Below are positions 22,463 through 35,200 of a stretch of DNA of 64,000 bases, piece after piece. Position numbers and translations under genes: made by a program. Every line of letters begins with the position of its first letter. The first letter of the stretch is position 1. The DNA is from Myxococcota bacterium (lineage in GTDB: Bacteria > Myxococcota_A > SURF-8 > G963663525): the NCBI GenBank assembly GCA_963676915.2, contig CAXXVK010000072.1, forward strand, positions 32,001 through 96,000, in the 5' to 3' direction. Below the pieces are notes generated by a model that made no database searches, had not been told where the DNA came from, and was given only the letters and a program-made list of their open reading frames with translations.

Positions 22463-22792
22463 ATGTCACGACGTAGAAAGCATAGTCACGAATATGCCGC
22501 CTTGGGGCAGCGTATTCGGGAACTTCGCAAGGGACGAGGCTGGTCTCAGTATGAAATCGCACAGCATGCGGGATTGAGTCCCAGTTATCTCGCCGAATTG
22601 GAACGAGGAGGACGCAACCCCTCTCTCGAAACCATTCTCAACATTGCAGCAGCTCTCAATGTCAGTGCTGGATATTTGGTGGACGGCTTGCGTTACGATC
22701 CCCCCAAAGGTCTGGAAAGCATTGCCGAGCGTTGGCTTTCGCTTAGCGAAGAAGGTAGAAATGTTATTGGTCGTCTCGTGAAACTTCTATAA
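22463..22792 (+). CDS. XRE-family helix-turn-helix transcriptional regulator
   Basis: LGQRIRELRKGRGWSQYEIA…SYLAELERGGRNPSLETI. Confidence 0.92.
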   Translation: MSRRRKHSHEYAALGQRIRELRKGRGWSQYEIAQHAGLSPSYLAELERGGRNPSLETILNIAAALNVSAGYLVDGLRYDPPKGLESIAERWLSLSEEGRNVIGRLVKLL

Positions 22793-22917
22793 AAACAATG
22801 ATTTATGTTTGTCATTGTTCGATTTGTCTGCCTGGTTTTCTTGACTGAAACTTGACAAATAGCCTTTGTATTTGTAGCTTGAATCCTCGATTTCCCTTCA
22901 TGTATTCGAGGAACTCC

Positions 22918-23400
22918 ATGGATAAACAGCACTATCAGCAAATGATCAGCGTCGCGATTTTTCGCGAGGTCGAAGCCTATACGTTCTATCGTGAAATCGC
23001 CCAGAAAGTCCGTGATCCCGAGGTCAAAAGCCTTTTCGACTGGCTCGCGGACCAGGAACAGGAGCATGAGGAACAACTCGATCGCATCCGTTCACAGCCC
23101 GAACTCGCGGGTAAAATGACGGTTGCGCTGGAAGGAAATCTTCTGGAGGAACCCGAAGCCCAGCCCAAACTCAGCGTTGACATGACTCCCGATGAAGCGT
23201 TGGCGCTTGCCATCATCAAAGAACGACAAGCTGCGGAATTCTACGAATCGTTGTCGCGGAGATCGGAAGACGACACCATTTGCCGACTCTGTCTTGAACT
23301 GGCTAAAATGGAACTGGGACACGAACAGGCGTTGAAACGGTTGCAAACCGGTTCGAGATCTCTGGAAAGCTGGGAAGTCGCGGCACTTCCGGAGGCATAG
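22918..23400 (+). CDS. Ferritin-like/rubrerythrin family protein
   Basis: AIFREVEAYTFY…LADQEQEH and AIIKERQAAEFY…LAKMELGH. Confidence 0.88.
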   Translation: MDKQHYQQMISVAIFREVEAYTFYREIAQKVRDPEVKSLFDWLADQEQEHEEQLDRIRSQPELAGKMTVALEGNLLEEPEAQPKLSVDMTPDEALALAIIKERQAAEFYESLSRRSEDDTICRLCLELAKMELGHEQALKRLQTGSRSLESWEVAALPEA

Positions 23401-23458
23401 CATTCCAATTTAGATTGTTTTTTGGGGATTATAGAGTAGGTAGCGACTGTGATTGAAG

Positions 23459-24565
<1,107 letters not shown>

Positions 24566-24617
24566 CCATTTTACCACAACAAACACCTGAAAACTGACAC
24601 AATAAAGATCATACAAG

Positions 24618-24678
24618 GTCGGGCTAATTTTTAGCCCGACACCTTGGCATTGTCGGGCAAGAAATTTGCCCGACCTAC
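24618..24678. repeat. GTAG-type REP doublet (REPIN/BIME-like), copy 1, interrupted by the IS110
   Basis: GTCGGGCTAA-TTT-TTAGCCCGAC, an 11-nt spacer, then GTCGGGCAA-GAAAT-TTGCCCGAC-CTAC. Its missing GTAG is at 23440-43. Confidence 0.88.
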
Positions 24679-24743
24679 TACGCTTCTGAGATGGAGCAGG
24701 ATTGTATCCGGCAATGAGTCTCCATGACTCGTTAACCCCGCCG

Positions 24744-26051
24744 TTATTCAGGTGGTTGCGGGCTGTCGTCTCCAAACTTTTTCGATATGATCGCCGCACC
24801 CACCGAATCGCCCCAGACGTTGATGGCCGTTCGAAAGCGGTCCAGCAGCCAATCCACACTTAGCAGAATTCCCACACCTTCGACTGGGACATGTACGGCG
24901 GTCAGGACCATGACCATCGTCACCAGTCCCGCTTGAGGAATCGCAGCCGCTCCGACGGCGGCCAGCGTAGCGGTCAGCAGTACCACCACCAATTGCGCTC
25001 CGGTTAGGTGAATACCGTAAGCTTCGGCGATGAAAACCACCGCCACGGCTTCATAGAGGGCGGTGCCGTCCATGTTGATCGTAGCGCCCAATGGCAGCAC
25101 GAAACGGGAGGTTTTGGTGTCGAGTTTGGCGTTTTGTTCGGCGCTACGGATCGTCAACGGCAGGGTTGCGGCGCTCGATGCGGTGGAAAATGCCGTAAGC
25201 ATCGGTTCGGCGAAATGCCCGGCATGGCGGATCGGGTTGCGTCGGGTAAACAGCCACAGCAGGATCGGCAGAATAACCACCGCATGGATCGTCAAGCCTC
25301 CTAGCACCGTCATAAAATACTTGGCCAGTCGCCCGAGTTCGGTCCATACGGCTGTTCCGCCGCCTTCCTGGCCGACACGATAGGCTACGAGCCCGACGAT
25401 GCCCAGCGGAGCCAGCCAGACGAGGAAACGGACGAAGATCATCAGTACCTCATTGACGGCCTCGGCTAGAGCGATCACTTTACGGCCTTGGGGGCCGATA
25501 CGGGTCAGGATTCCACCGAATACGAGGGAAAACACCAGCAATCCCAAAATGTTGCCTTTGCTGGCCGCTTCGATGAGGTTGGAGGGTATCAGGCCGCGAA
25601 TCAGGTCGAAAAGGGCATCATACCAGCGAATCACCCGAACGGCTTCGGGATGTGAGGCGGCATCCACACCGAATCCCACACCGGGATGGACGATAGATAC
25701 CAGCACGATTCCAAGTGCGACGGCCAGCAGTGTCGTGGAAAAATAGTACAAAAAAGTATAGCCGAAGGTTTTGCCGACCTTTTGCTGTTCGCTCAACGAC
25801 GCCATGCCGACGATCATGCTACAGACAATCAATGGAACGACGACCATTTTCAGTGCGTTCATGAACAAATCGCCCAGGAGTTTCAAAAAACCGGCGAGAA
25901 AAGGCAGGTCGCCCGAGACGATTTCTTGTCCCCACAAGCCGCCGATCGCGAAACCCGCTACGGCTCCCGCTACCAGAAGAACCGGTAACAACCAGGGCTT
26001 GTTGTTTGTTTTTGATAAAGCGTTTGCAGAGTCTGAAATGTCGTGCGGCAT
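24744..26051 (-). CDS. Dicarboxylate/amino acid:cation symporter (DAACS/GltP family)
   Basis: TAFSTASSAATLP, PLGATINMDGTALYE and DRFRTAINVWGD. Confidence 0.95.
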   Translation of the reverse strand: MPHDISDSANALSKTNNKPWLLPVLLVAGAVAGFAIGGLWGQEIVSGDLPFLAGFLKLLGDLFMNALKMVVVPLIVCSMIVGMASLSEQQKVGKTFGYTFLYYFSTTLLAVALGIVLVSIVHPGVGFGVDAASHPEAVRVIRWYDALFDLIRGLIPSNLIEAASKGNILGLLVFSLVFGGILTRIGPQGRKVIALAEAVNEVLMIFVRFLVWLAPLGIVGLVAYRVGQEGGGTAVWTELGRLAKYFMTVLGGLTIHAVVILPILLWLFTRRNPIRHAGHFAEPMLTAFSTASSAATLPLTIRSAEQNAKLDTKTSRFVLPLGATINMDGTALYEAVAVVFIAEAYGIHLTGAQLVVVLLTATLAAVGAAAIPQAGLVTMVMVLTAVHVPVEGVGILLSVDWLLDRFRTAINVWGDSVGAAIISKKFGDDSPQPPE

Positions 26052-26141
26052 AACCGGATATCCAATGATTTCTCAGGGTTCAAACAATGAACCTACCATG
26101 CCCGAGCCTTCACGCTTTTGCAAGGGGAGATGGGAAAAACT

Positions 26142-28605
26142 CTACAGCATGTGTACCGGATCGACATCCACGGACAGCCGGACGAGGGAAGTGGAGGAAA
26201 CCAGGTGGCCGGATTTTTTGGCAATGTTCAGGAATCGTCTCAACTCGGGAGGCGTCGCGGCTCGTGCCATGAGACGAAAACGATAGCGATCCTTGATTTT
26301 CTCGATGGGGGGCTGGAGCCGGTCCCAGTAGTCCGATGGTTTTGCACGGCTCATCTCGGGAAACGATGGTGGCCAGATCTCGGCGCAGCCGTAGGGCTTC
26401 GGCCCAGGCAAGCTCCCGGTCTTTGGAGGAAAGCAGAAACGAAACCAGCCGGGTGAACGGTGGGTAGCGCTTTTGTCGAATGCGGGTTTCGAGGTCGTAA
26501 AACGCCAGGTCCGGTTCTTGAGCCAGATTGGCGAATACCGGGTGATTGGGGGTCCAGGTCTGGACGATCACCTCACCGGGCAACTGATGTCGTCCTGCGC
26601 GTCCCGAAGCTTGAACGAGCAACTGCCAGGTGCGCTCCACGGCGCGGAAATCGGGAAGATTCAAGCCCTGGTCCGCCATGGGGATGCCTACCAGCGTGAC
26701 GTTTTCGAAGTCGTGCCCTTTGGCGACCATCTGGGTTCCCAAAAGCAGATCGTACTTTCCTTTCGAAAAATCCCGTAAGATCGTCGCCTGATGCTTTCCG
26801 GCTCGCACACGGTCGCGGTCGAGTCGGGCGATGCGGGCTTCGGGAAAATATTCGGCCAGTTCCTGTTCCAGTTTCTGGGTTCCCACGCCGACCAGTTCCA
26901 GCGCCTTTTGTCCACAGGATGGGCATTGCTTCGGTAGCTCCATGCGACTGTCGCAGAGATGACAGACCAGTTGTCCCGCATGAAGGTGATAAGTCAACCC
27001 GACGGCGCAACGGGGACAGGTGATGACTTCCCGGCAGGCCCGACAGATGGCAAACGGCGAAAATCCGCGCCGATTCAAAAGCAAAATCGCCTGTTCTTTT
27101 CGCTGGATACGCTGATCGATGGCCTGAATCAGTTCCGTGGAAAGCAAGGTCGATTTCGCCGTTCTTTGTGCGGAGAGATCGACGAGGCGAATCTTGGGAA
27201 ACACGGCGGCGGTAGCACGGGAAAAAAGGTTGAGACAGGTGTATCGACCGCTTTGCGCGTGATGAAAACTTTCGACCGAAGGCGTAGCCGATCCCAAAAT
27301 GACCACGCATTTCGATAAGTTGGCCCGCTGCACCGCGCAGTCTCGGGCATGGTAGGGAAAGCCGTCTTCGGCCTTGTACGAGCCGTCGTGCTCCTCGTCC
27401 ACGACGATCAGCCCGATGTTGTCCAGGGGACACAACACAGCCGAGCGTGCCCCGATTACCACCCTCGCTTCGCCGTCGCGCACCCGCCGCCATTCGTCCA
27501 CGCGTTCGGCGGGCGTCAGTCCCGAGTGCCATAGCGCCAGACGTTTTCCGAAACGACCGTATACCCGACTGACCAACTGGGGAGCCAATCCGATTTCGGG
27601 AACCAGCAACAGGGCGTTTTTTCCTTGATCCAGACAGGTTTCGACCGCTTGAAGATACACTTCCGTTTTGCCGCTGCCCGTCACGCCGTGCAGCAGAAAC
27701 GGCGCGAATTCTCCCGATTCGATGGCTTTTTGCAGGGGTTGCACCGTTTCGGACTGCTCGATGGTTAATTCAGGAGGTGGCTGAATGGTGTTCGAGAGCA
27801 ATTGGGAGGGCAGGGGAGAGCGCCGACAGACGACGTGCTCGACTCTGATGGCTCCCTTGTCTAGAAGACTTTTTAGCGTTGCGGCACATTTTGGAAATGC
27901 CGCCAAAAGTCTTTCTCTGGTACAGGAAGGATTTTCCAGAAGAAATTCAAAGAGTTCCACTTGCTTCGGCGCTCGTTTGAGTCGGGAAGTCTCTTCGGCA
28001 CTCCACAACGTGAAATACTGCGGCATCCGCTTTTTGGCCGGAGCTTTGACATCTTTACCGGTACGTCGCTGCACCCAGCCTTGAGCTATAGCCCAGGCCA
28101 GTCGATCCCGTGTCAGACCTTTTACGGCTTTTTGCCAGCTTTTTCTTGTTTTGGCCGTGTTTCCCAAGGTTTGCAGCGCCACAGCCCAGAATTTCCGATC
28201 TCGGACGGGCACATCTTGCGGTTGAGCTTCCAAGCGGCCTTCCAGAAACGCTTTTCCTTGTGGAGTGCAACTATAAAGAGCAACTCCCGGCTGCAAAAGG
28301 CCTGCCGGTAAGGCTGCTTTCAGGACTTCTCCCAGCGATGCAAGATAATATCGAGCTACCCACTCATAGTAGCGCATCGTGGAAACGGGACAGGCGGGTT
28401 TACGATCCAGGATGCCGGAAATTTCCTTGGTGTCGTCGAGATCTTCACGGGAAGGCGTATCCCACAGTACACCGATCAGACGTTTGGGACCGAAGGATAC
28501 TTCTACACGCACTCCCGGTGGTGGAGTCTTCCGATCTTCGGGAAGGGTGTAGGTGAACAACCTTTCCATGGGTAGAGGCAGGGCGATGGATACGTATCGG
28601 GGCAA
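26142..28605 (-). CDS. priA: Primosomal protein N' (frameshift near the C-terminus at about 26307-12)
   Basis: GVTGSGKTEVY, DEEHD, four CxxC pairs and QASGRAGR. The C-terminal LGPAPAPIEKIKDRYR…DVDP is restored by removing one base of a G6 run. Confidence 0.95.
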
Positions 28606-29001
28606 CGGCTTCTCCGAATCTGTCCGTGAAAATCATGACAAAACAGTACAAAGCACGCTGGGGAGAGTCAACTTTTCCTTGTTTGAAAGGCTAGAGGTTC
28701 CTTGAGATTTCTAATGAATTTGTAATTAAATTATTTTAATAATGATGTTGATTGAAGCAAAGGAATCCGTTACACTGCTTTTGGATGTTGTGGAGGCATA
28801 TTTGGGGGGAGGATATGCTTTCAATACCTGCCGAAAAAACAAGTGTTGTCGCTCAATCGATACCATGTTCCTTCCCAACCTATAGCATGGTTGAACCAGG
28901 CAAATTAGGAATGAAAACAACAGGCTTATTCTTCAACTCGAACCTCGGTTCCTGGACACATCAATGAGATTCATCTTTGTAGAACAAATTGAGGGGGCAT
29001 C

Positions 29002-30204
29002 ATGAAACTTTCCACCGGATGGTCTACCCATCCCGATGCAGAAACCGCAGCGGCAGAAGCCTTTGAAATGGCTAGAAAATCGCTCGATCAAGAACCGAAA
29101 CTTCTTTTACTTCACAGTTCTCCCGTATACGACAACGCCGCCGTGCTCGCCCGTTTGCGTGCACTGGCTCCCGAGATTCCCCTTCATGGTGGGACCACCT
29201 GTTACGGCGTTTTGACCCGTGAGGGCGTTCATATCGAAGATGGGCGCGGTCTTGGAATCCTTGCTTTGGAAGATCCGCAAGGGGACTATGGCGTTGGGAT
29301 GGCCAAAGACGAGGGCGATCCCGTTGTCGCTGCACATACTGCCTTGAATCAAGCCCTTGTCGAAGCCGACAGACCTGGAGAAGTGCCAGCCGTCATTCTG
29401 ATTTCCAGCTATCCCGGCTGCGAGGAAAGTGTCATTCAGGCCATCGAGGAAACCGTAGGCTCCGGCGTGCCGATCATTGGTGGAACCAGCGCGGACAATG
29501 ACATGAGCGGCCAGTGGCTGCAATTCGGCAATGGAGAACTCGATAACCAATCCATTTCCATTGCAACTCTTTTTCCTTCTTGCGACATCGGCTATGCGTT
29601 TCACGGAAGCTACGATCACAGCGAGTATCGTGGCCGAGTGACGAAAGCGGAAGGTCGTGTCTTGTTGGAGATCGATGGTCGTCCAGCGGCCCGCGTTTAC
29701 AACGAATGGACGCAGGGGAAGTTTGCCGATCTTCTTGCTGAAGGAGGAAGCCTGGTCCCTGCCGCTAGTTTTTCTCCGTTGGGAACCGAGGTCGGAAGAG
29801 TGAACGAAATTCCGTATTTTCGTCTTTCCTATCCGGTGGAAGTCCTGGAAAACCAGGCGTTGCAGCTGTTTACCAATGTTCGAGAAGGCAGCGAGGTCGT
29901 GCTGATGACCGGAAGCCGCGACAGTCTGGCTACTCGTGCCGGACGTGTGGCCAACGTTGCCATAGATGCCGCCGATTTTTCCGCCGAGGAAGTGCAAGGC
30001 GCACTGATTCTTTTCTGTACGGGCTGCATGCTGACCATTGAAGATCGGTTGGAAAAGCCGGTGGCGGATCTAAAGGCTACTTTCAAAAATGCTCCTTTCT
30101 TGACCACATTCACCTTGGGCGAACAGGGATGTTTCATCGGTGGTGAGAATCGCCACGCCAATCTCATGGTTGCCGCCCTCGTCTTTGGTCCCATCAAGGC
30201 ATAA
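29002..30204 (+). CDS. FIST-domain (NosP-like) signal transduction protein
   Basis: HGGTTC, IIGGTSADN, EIDGRPAARVY, FCTGC and FTLGEQG…NRHANL. Confidence 0.88.
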   Translation: MKLSTGWSTHPDAETAAAEAFEMARKSLDQEPKLLLLHSSPVYDNAAVLARLRALAPEIPLHGGTTCYGVLTREGVHIEDGRGLGILALEDPQGDYGVGMAKDEGDPVVAAHTALNQALVEADRPGEVPAVILISSYPGCEESVIQAIEETVGSGVPIIGGTSADNDMSGQWLQFGNGELDNQSISIATLFPSCDIGYAFHGSYDHSEYRGRVTKAEGRVLLEIDGRPAARVYNEWTQGKFADLLAEGGSLVPAASFSPLGTEVGRVNEIPYFRLSYPVEVLENQALQLFTNVREGSEVVLMTGSRDSLATRAGRVANVAIDAADFSAEEVQGALILFCTGCMLTIEDRLEKPVADLKATFKNAPFLTTFTLGEQGCFIGGENRHANLMVAALVFGPIKA

Positions 30205-30210
30205 TTCAAT

Positions 30211-31983
30211 ATGGGTGCATCGGAAGAACTGCGTGAAGCTCTACTGAATCTGGAAGAAGCGCGAAAACGGGAATCTCGTCAGCGGAAAACGGCTGAAGCT
30301 CTGTTGGAAGGGCTTCGCGTCCTGGTGATGACCAAAGATCTGGAGGAACTTTTCCCCAAACTTTTCGCGATCATGCGTGAACCTTTGGATTTCGAGGCCG
30401 CCTTGGTGCTTTGGGTCAAGTCCGACGGTACGTTGGCACCCATGGCGAGTTCGGATTCTCGCTTCCTCGAAGTCAAGTGGGAAGTTCACCGCCTCTTTCA
30501 ACGTGCGATCGACGGACAGCTATCGGCGGTGTTCGATACGAACATGATCGAAGAATGGCGTGCTTTGCCTGAAAGCCTCCGGCAAGCGTCCCGGTCGGCG
30601 CTGGTGTTTCCTTTGAGCAGTTCGGGGCGCAAGGCTCTGTTTATCTGTACGCACTCGAAGCCTGCGCATTTTTCCCGCAATCACACCAAACTGGCGCATC
30701 GTTTTTCCGTTCTGGCTACTCAGGCTATGCAACAGTTGGAATTCGCTTCCAGACTGGCTGAAATGAAAGAGCGATTGGAAGCGGAAGCGAAACTGGCGGA
30801 TTTGAATAAAAAACTGGTCGAAAGCGAGAAGCAACTTGCCAAGGCCCGAAAAATGGAAGCTTTGGGCTTGCTCGCCGGTGGTGTGGCGCACGATCTGAAC
30901 AATATCCTTTCCGGCCTGGTGGGATATCCCCAACTGATGCTGATGGATGACGACCTTGAGGAAGAGCATCGCGAGATGCTCGAAACCATCGACGATGCCG
31001 GACATCGTGCCGCTGCCGTGGTTGCCGATCTGCTCACGGTGGCGAGAGGAGTCGCCAGTCCTCGAAAAGTTCTCAATCTCAACGATGTTATCAAGAGTCA
31101 TTTCCGTTCTCCCGAGCATCTGGAGCTTATGCGTGAAAATCCGCAGGTGAAGTTCACGCCTCGGTTGGATGCCGAACTTTTGAATATCAAGGCTTCCCAG
31201 GTACATGTCCGTAAAGTGCTGATGAATCTGCTGAGCAATGCCGCCGAGGCGGTACGAGGAAGTGACTCCGGTATCGTTGTCGTGGCGACCGGTTCCCGCT
31301 ATATCGATCAGCCGCTGAAAGGCTACGAAGACGTGCAGGTCGGCGAATATTCTTTGCTGAAGATTGCGGACAACGGCGGAGGTATTGGCCAAGAAGATCT
31401 GGAGCGGATTTTCGAACCGTTTTATACGCGCAAAGTTATGGGACGAAGCGGTACCGGGTTGGGGCTTGCGATTGTCTGGAACACCATGCAGGACCACGAA
31501 GGATATGTCGATGTCCGCACCAGCGCTCGTGGGACATCCTTCAGTTTGTATTTCCCGGCATGTCGTGAAAAAATCGAGGTGCGGCAAGCTCCTGTGAGTA
31601 TTGAAGAATGCATGGGTAACGGTCAAAAAGTACTGGTCGTTGACGATCAGCCGGACCAACGGAAAATCGCCAGCGCATTTTTACGTAAGCTCGGATACGA
31701 TGTCGATGCCGTTTCCAGCGGTGAAGAAGCCGTGGAATATATTAAAGAAAGCCCGGTAGACGTGTTGTTGCTGGACATGATCATGGACCCCGGAATCAAC
31801 GGACACGAAACCTACCGGCGAATCATCGAAATCCGGCCGGAACAAAGGGCCGTAATCGCCAGCGGATACACGTTGAGCGAAGACGTGCAGGCTGCTCAGG
31901 ATCTTGGCGCGGGCCAGTACATCAAAAAGCCCTATACAATCGAAACGTTGGGGGCGGCGATCAAGCAGGAACTCGAACATTAA
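30211..31983 (+). CDS. Hybrid sensor histidine kinase/response regulator with GAF-like input
   Basis: GGVAHDLNN, NLLSNAAEA and GTGLGL, plus receiver LLDMIMDPG. It starts 6 nt after the FIST gene. Confidence 0.92.
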   Translation: MGASEELREALLNLEEARKRESRQRKTAEALLEGLRVLVMTKDLEELFPKLFAIMREPLDFEAALVLWVKSDGTLAPMASSDSRFLEVKWEVHRLFQRAIDGQLSAVFDTNMIEEWRALPESLRQASRSALVFPLSSSGRKALFICTHSKPAHFSRNHTKLAHRFSVLATQAMQQLEFASRLAEMKERLEAEAKLADLNKKLVESEKQLAKARKMEALGLLAGGVAHDLNNILSGLVGYPQLMLMDDDLEEEHREMLETIDDAGHRAAAVVADLLTVARGVASPRKVLNLNDVIKSHFRSPEHLELMRENPQVKFTPRLDAELLNIKASQVHVRKVLMNLLSNAAEAVRGSDSGIVVVATGSRYIDQPLKGYEDVQVGEYSLLKIADNGGGIGQEDLERIFEPFYTRKVMGRSGTGLGLAIVWNTMQDHEGYVDVRTSARGTSFSLYFPACREKIEVRQAPVSIEECMGNGQKVLVVDDQPDQRKIASAFLRKLGYDVDAVSSGEEAVEYIKESPVDVLLLDMIMDPGINGHETYRRIIEIRPEQRAVIASGYTLSEDVQAAQDLGAGQYIKKPYTIETLGAAIKQELEH

Positions 31984-32250
31984 CGATCCATTTTGGAATC
32001 GGTTAAAAAATTCGAGGAATGATCTTCATTGTTGCAATTTCTTTGTGAGCCGCTTTTTTCGTAAATTCACGCTTTTACACGAATTTCAAATCAATAATGG
32101 GTGGACTTTTGAGGTTTTTTGCCTCAAAATTTCATTCTTGCCGCCGGTCGTCGATTATTGGGAAAGAGGCCAATTCGTAGAGCTTTCCGAATTCGTCTGC
32201 CGGAGACATACGACGACGATTACAGGAATACAAAATTACAGGAGTTTCGA

Positions 32251-35200
32251 ATGTCCGCGCATTCCCGCTGGTTGACGCTTTTCGTCTTCGTGTTCGCACT
32301 CGTCCCTCATATGGCTGCCGCCGATGTCATCTCCGCCGACCGGCGAGTGGATTGGAGTGTGGCCGGTTATCCGGGCGAGATTCCCCAACCGGCGAACCTC
32401 GTGAACGTCACCGATTACGGTGCCTCCACCACTGGCAGCAGTTCCACCAACAGTGCGCTGTCGGCGGCGTTTTCCGCATTGGGTGGACAGCCGGGCGTGG
32501 TGTACTTTCCTGCGGGAACCTACCTGTTTACGTCCACCGTTTCCATTCCTGCCGGGGTGGTGATACGGGGTACCTCAAGCCAATCCGTCACCCTGCAATT
32601 CGACCTCAACGACGCGGCGGTCAACGCCTTTGCCGTTTCCGGCTCCAGTGGGTCGGGGTATATCGCGGTGCAATCCGGGTATACCAAAGGCTCCAGTACG
32701 TTGACGGTCGCCGACGGCTCGGTTTTTCAGGCTGGCGATTACGGTGAATTACACGAAACTAATGGAAGCTGGGACACCAATCCTGCGGACTGGGCTGCTT
32801 ATGCCGTGGGTCAAATCGTTAAAATCACTGCGGTAAACGGCAACACGTTAACACTCGATGCACCATTGCGTATCACCTATACCGCCAGCTTGAATCCCGA
32901 AATCCGCAAACTACGCCCTAAAATGGATGTCGGTATCGAAACCCTGAAAATCAAGCGCATCGACAACCCGGAAGGCGCCGGGTACAACGTCGGTTTCGCA
33001 TATGCCGCCAACTGCTGGGTAAAAGGCATCGAGAGCGAGTACAGCGCCGGGTCACATGTCATGATCAACGCCAGCACCCGTATCGAAGTTACGGGCAACT
33101 ACATCCACCATGCCTTCGGTTACGACGGCAGCGGGACGCGAGGGTACGGCGTAACACTCAACAACCACGCCGGGGAATGCCTCGTTGCAAACAATGTTTT
33201 CAACCACTTGCGCCATGCGATGATGACTAAAATGGGCGCGAATGGCAACGTGGTGGCTTACAATTATTCGATCGACAATTACCGTTCCGAAACATTTCAC
33301 GATCTGGGCGGAGATATTTCGCTACATGGGCATTATTCCTATGCCAATCTGTTCGAAGGCAACATCGTCCAGACGATCATGACGGACCACTACTGGGGAC
33401 CGTCCGGTCCGTACAACACGTTTTTCCGTAACCGGACCGAACTGTATGGTTTGAACTTCACCAGCGCCACGGGGGGAGCCCAGGCGACCGCCAATCAGAA
33501 CATCGTCGGCAACGATATTACCAAAGACAATTACAGTTTCTTTTTCTATGTTGCATACGGCGGATATTACGAACCCCGAGGAAGCGGACATTTCGAATAC
33601 GGTAACCGAGTGGATGGCGACCTCACCCCCAGCAATACCGGTACTCTTACCGATGAGACCTATTATCTTACCGCAGGAGACGACACCTGCCACCTGGCCT
33701 CCACCTGGCCACCTATCGGTGTACCGCAAAGGGTTCAAATCCCACAACAATCGCGCCAAAGACCGTTGGAGCGCCGGAGGGGTGAAAACCTATTACGATC
33801 TCGTCGTCGATGCCGGAGAGGACAAGGTATCGGAAAACGGCCAGATGGTAGCCCTCGACGGCTTCGCTCGTGGCGGTTGGGGCAACCGAACCGTGCTCTG
33901 GGAACCGGCTACCGGGTTGGACGATCCCACGTCCCTGACTCCCCACGCTTTGCCATCCGAAACGACCACTTACCGGCTGACGGTTACGGACGGCTACGGC
34001 TGCCCGATCTATGACGAAGTGGAAGTGCGGGTTACAGGAACCGTTGAAACACCTGAAATTTCGCCACCTTCGGGCACGTACGGCACGCTTTTCAATTTCA
34101 GTGCAAGTTGTGCAACGCCACAAAGCACTCTCTATTACACAACCAATGGTTCGGACCCCACCCAAAGCTCGACGCCGTACGTTTCTCCGATTCCCATTTC
34201 GGAAACGGTAACGATCAAAGTTCGTGCTTTTCGCGAGGGATGGGAGCCAAGCGCTATCGCTACGGCAAGCTATGTCTTTGAAGATACGAACGAATGCGAG
34301 GAAGGAACCGACACTTGCGACTCCCACGCCGCCTGTGTCAACACCGTTGGTGGGTACGATTGCTATTGTCTCGAAGGATTCGACGGCGATGGGTATAGCT
34401 GTAGTCCCATCTGCGGTGACGATATTGTGGTAGATGGCGAAGACTGCGACGACGGCAACCGAAACGATGGCGACTGCTGCGACTCGGATTGTCATTTCGA
34501 ACCGATGACCGTGGTATGTCGTGCCGCTGCCGATACTTGCGATGCAGCGGAAACCTGCACGGGGACTTCCGGCACCTGTCCGATCGATACGTTCCAGCCT
34601 GAAGGAACGATCTGCGGTTCCGGTCCGGCCGCATGTTCTGCACAAGACGCCTGCGACGGTTCCGGCAACTGTCTGCCTCACGATTTCGCCGACAACACCC
34701 CTTGCGACGACGGCAACGCCTGCACCATCGAGGATGCGTGTTCATCCACGGTTTGTGCAGGAATTCCACGCACCTGCGAGGATGACAACGAGTGCACGTC
34801 GAACCAGTGCAACCCGACTGAAGGCTGCTATTTCGATCCCGTCTCCGATGGCACTTCCTGCAACGATGCCGATGCCTGCACGGTAGAAGATGCCTGCCTG
34901 GCAGGAGAATGCCGAGGAAATACAAGAAATTGCGACGACGAAAACCCCTGCACCTCCGACAGCTGCGACTCTATGCAAGGTTGCCTACACGATGATCTCG
35001 CCGACGACACCGTATGTAGCGATCAAGACGCCTGTACGGCAGATGACGTTTGCCGGTCGGGCGAATGTCTGGGAACTACCGTGGAATGCGACGATTCGAA
35101 CCCCTGCACCACGGAATATTGCGATACGGAGCAAGGCTGCCTGTACGAAAATATTCCCGACGACAGCAGTTGCGACGATGACAATGCCTGCACGGTGGCG

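Noticed and set aside
22463-22792. Prophage repressor or restriction-modification controller locus
   Set aside because: No phage, integrase, methylase or nuclease genes are nearby.
26142-28605. priA and other split genes as true pseudogenes or programmed frameshifts
   Set aside because: Each has only single-base homopolymer indels with no further decay and no shared slippery motif; sequencing error is more parsimonious.
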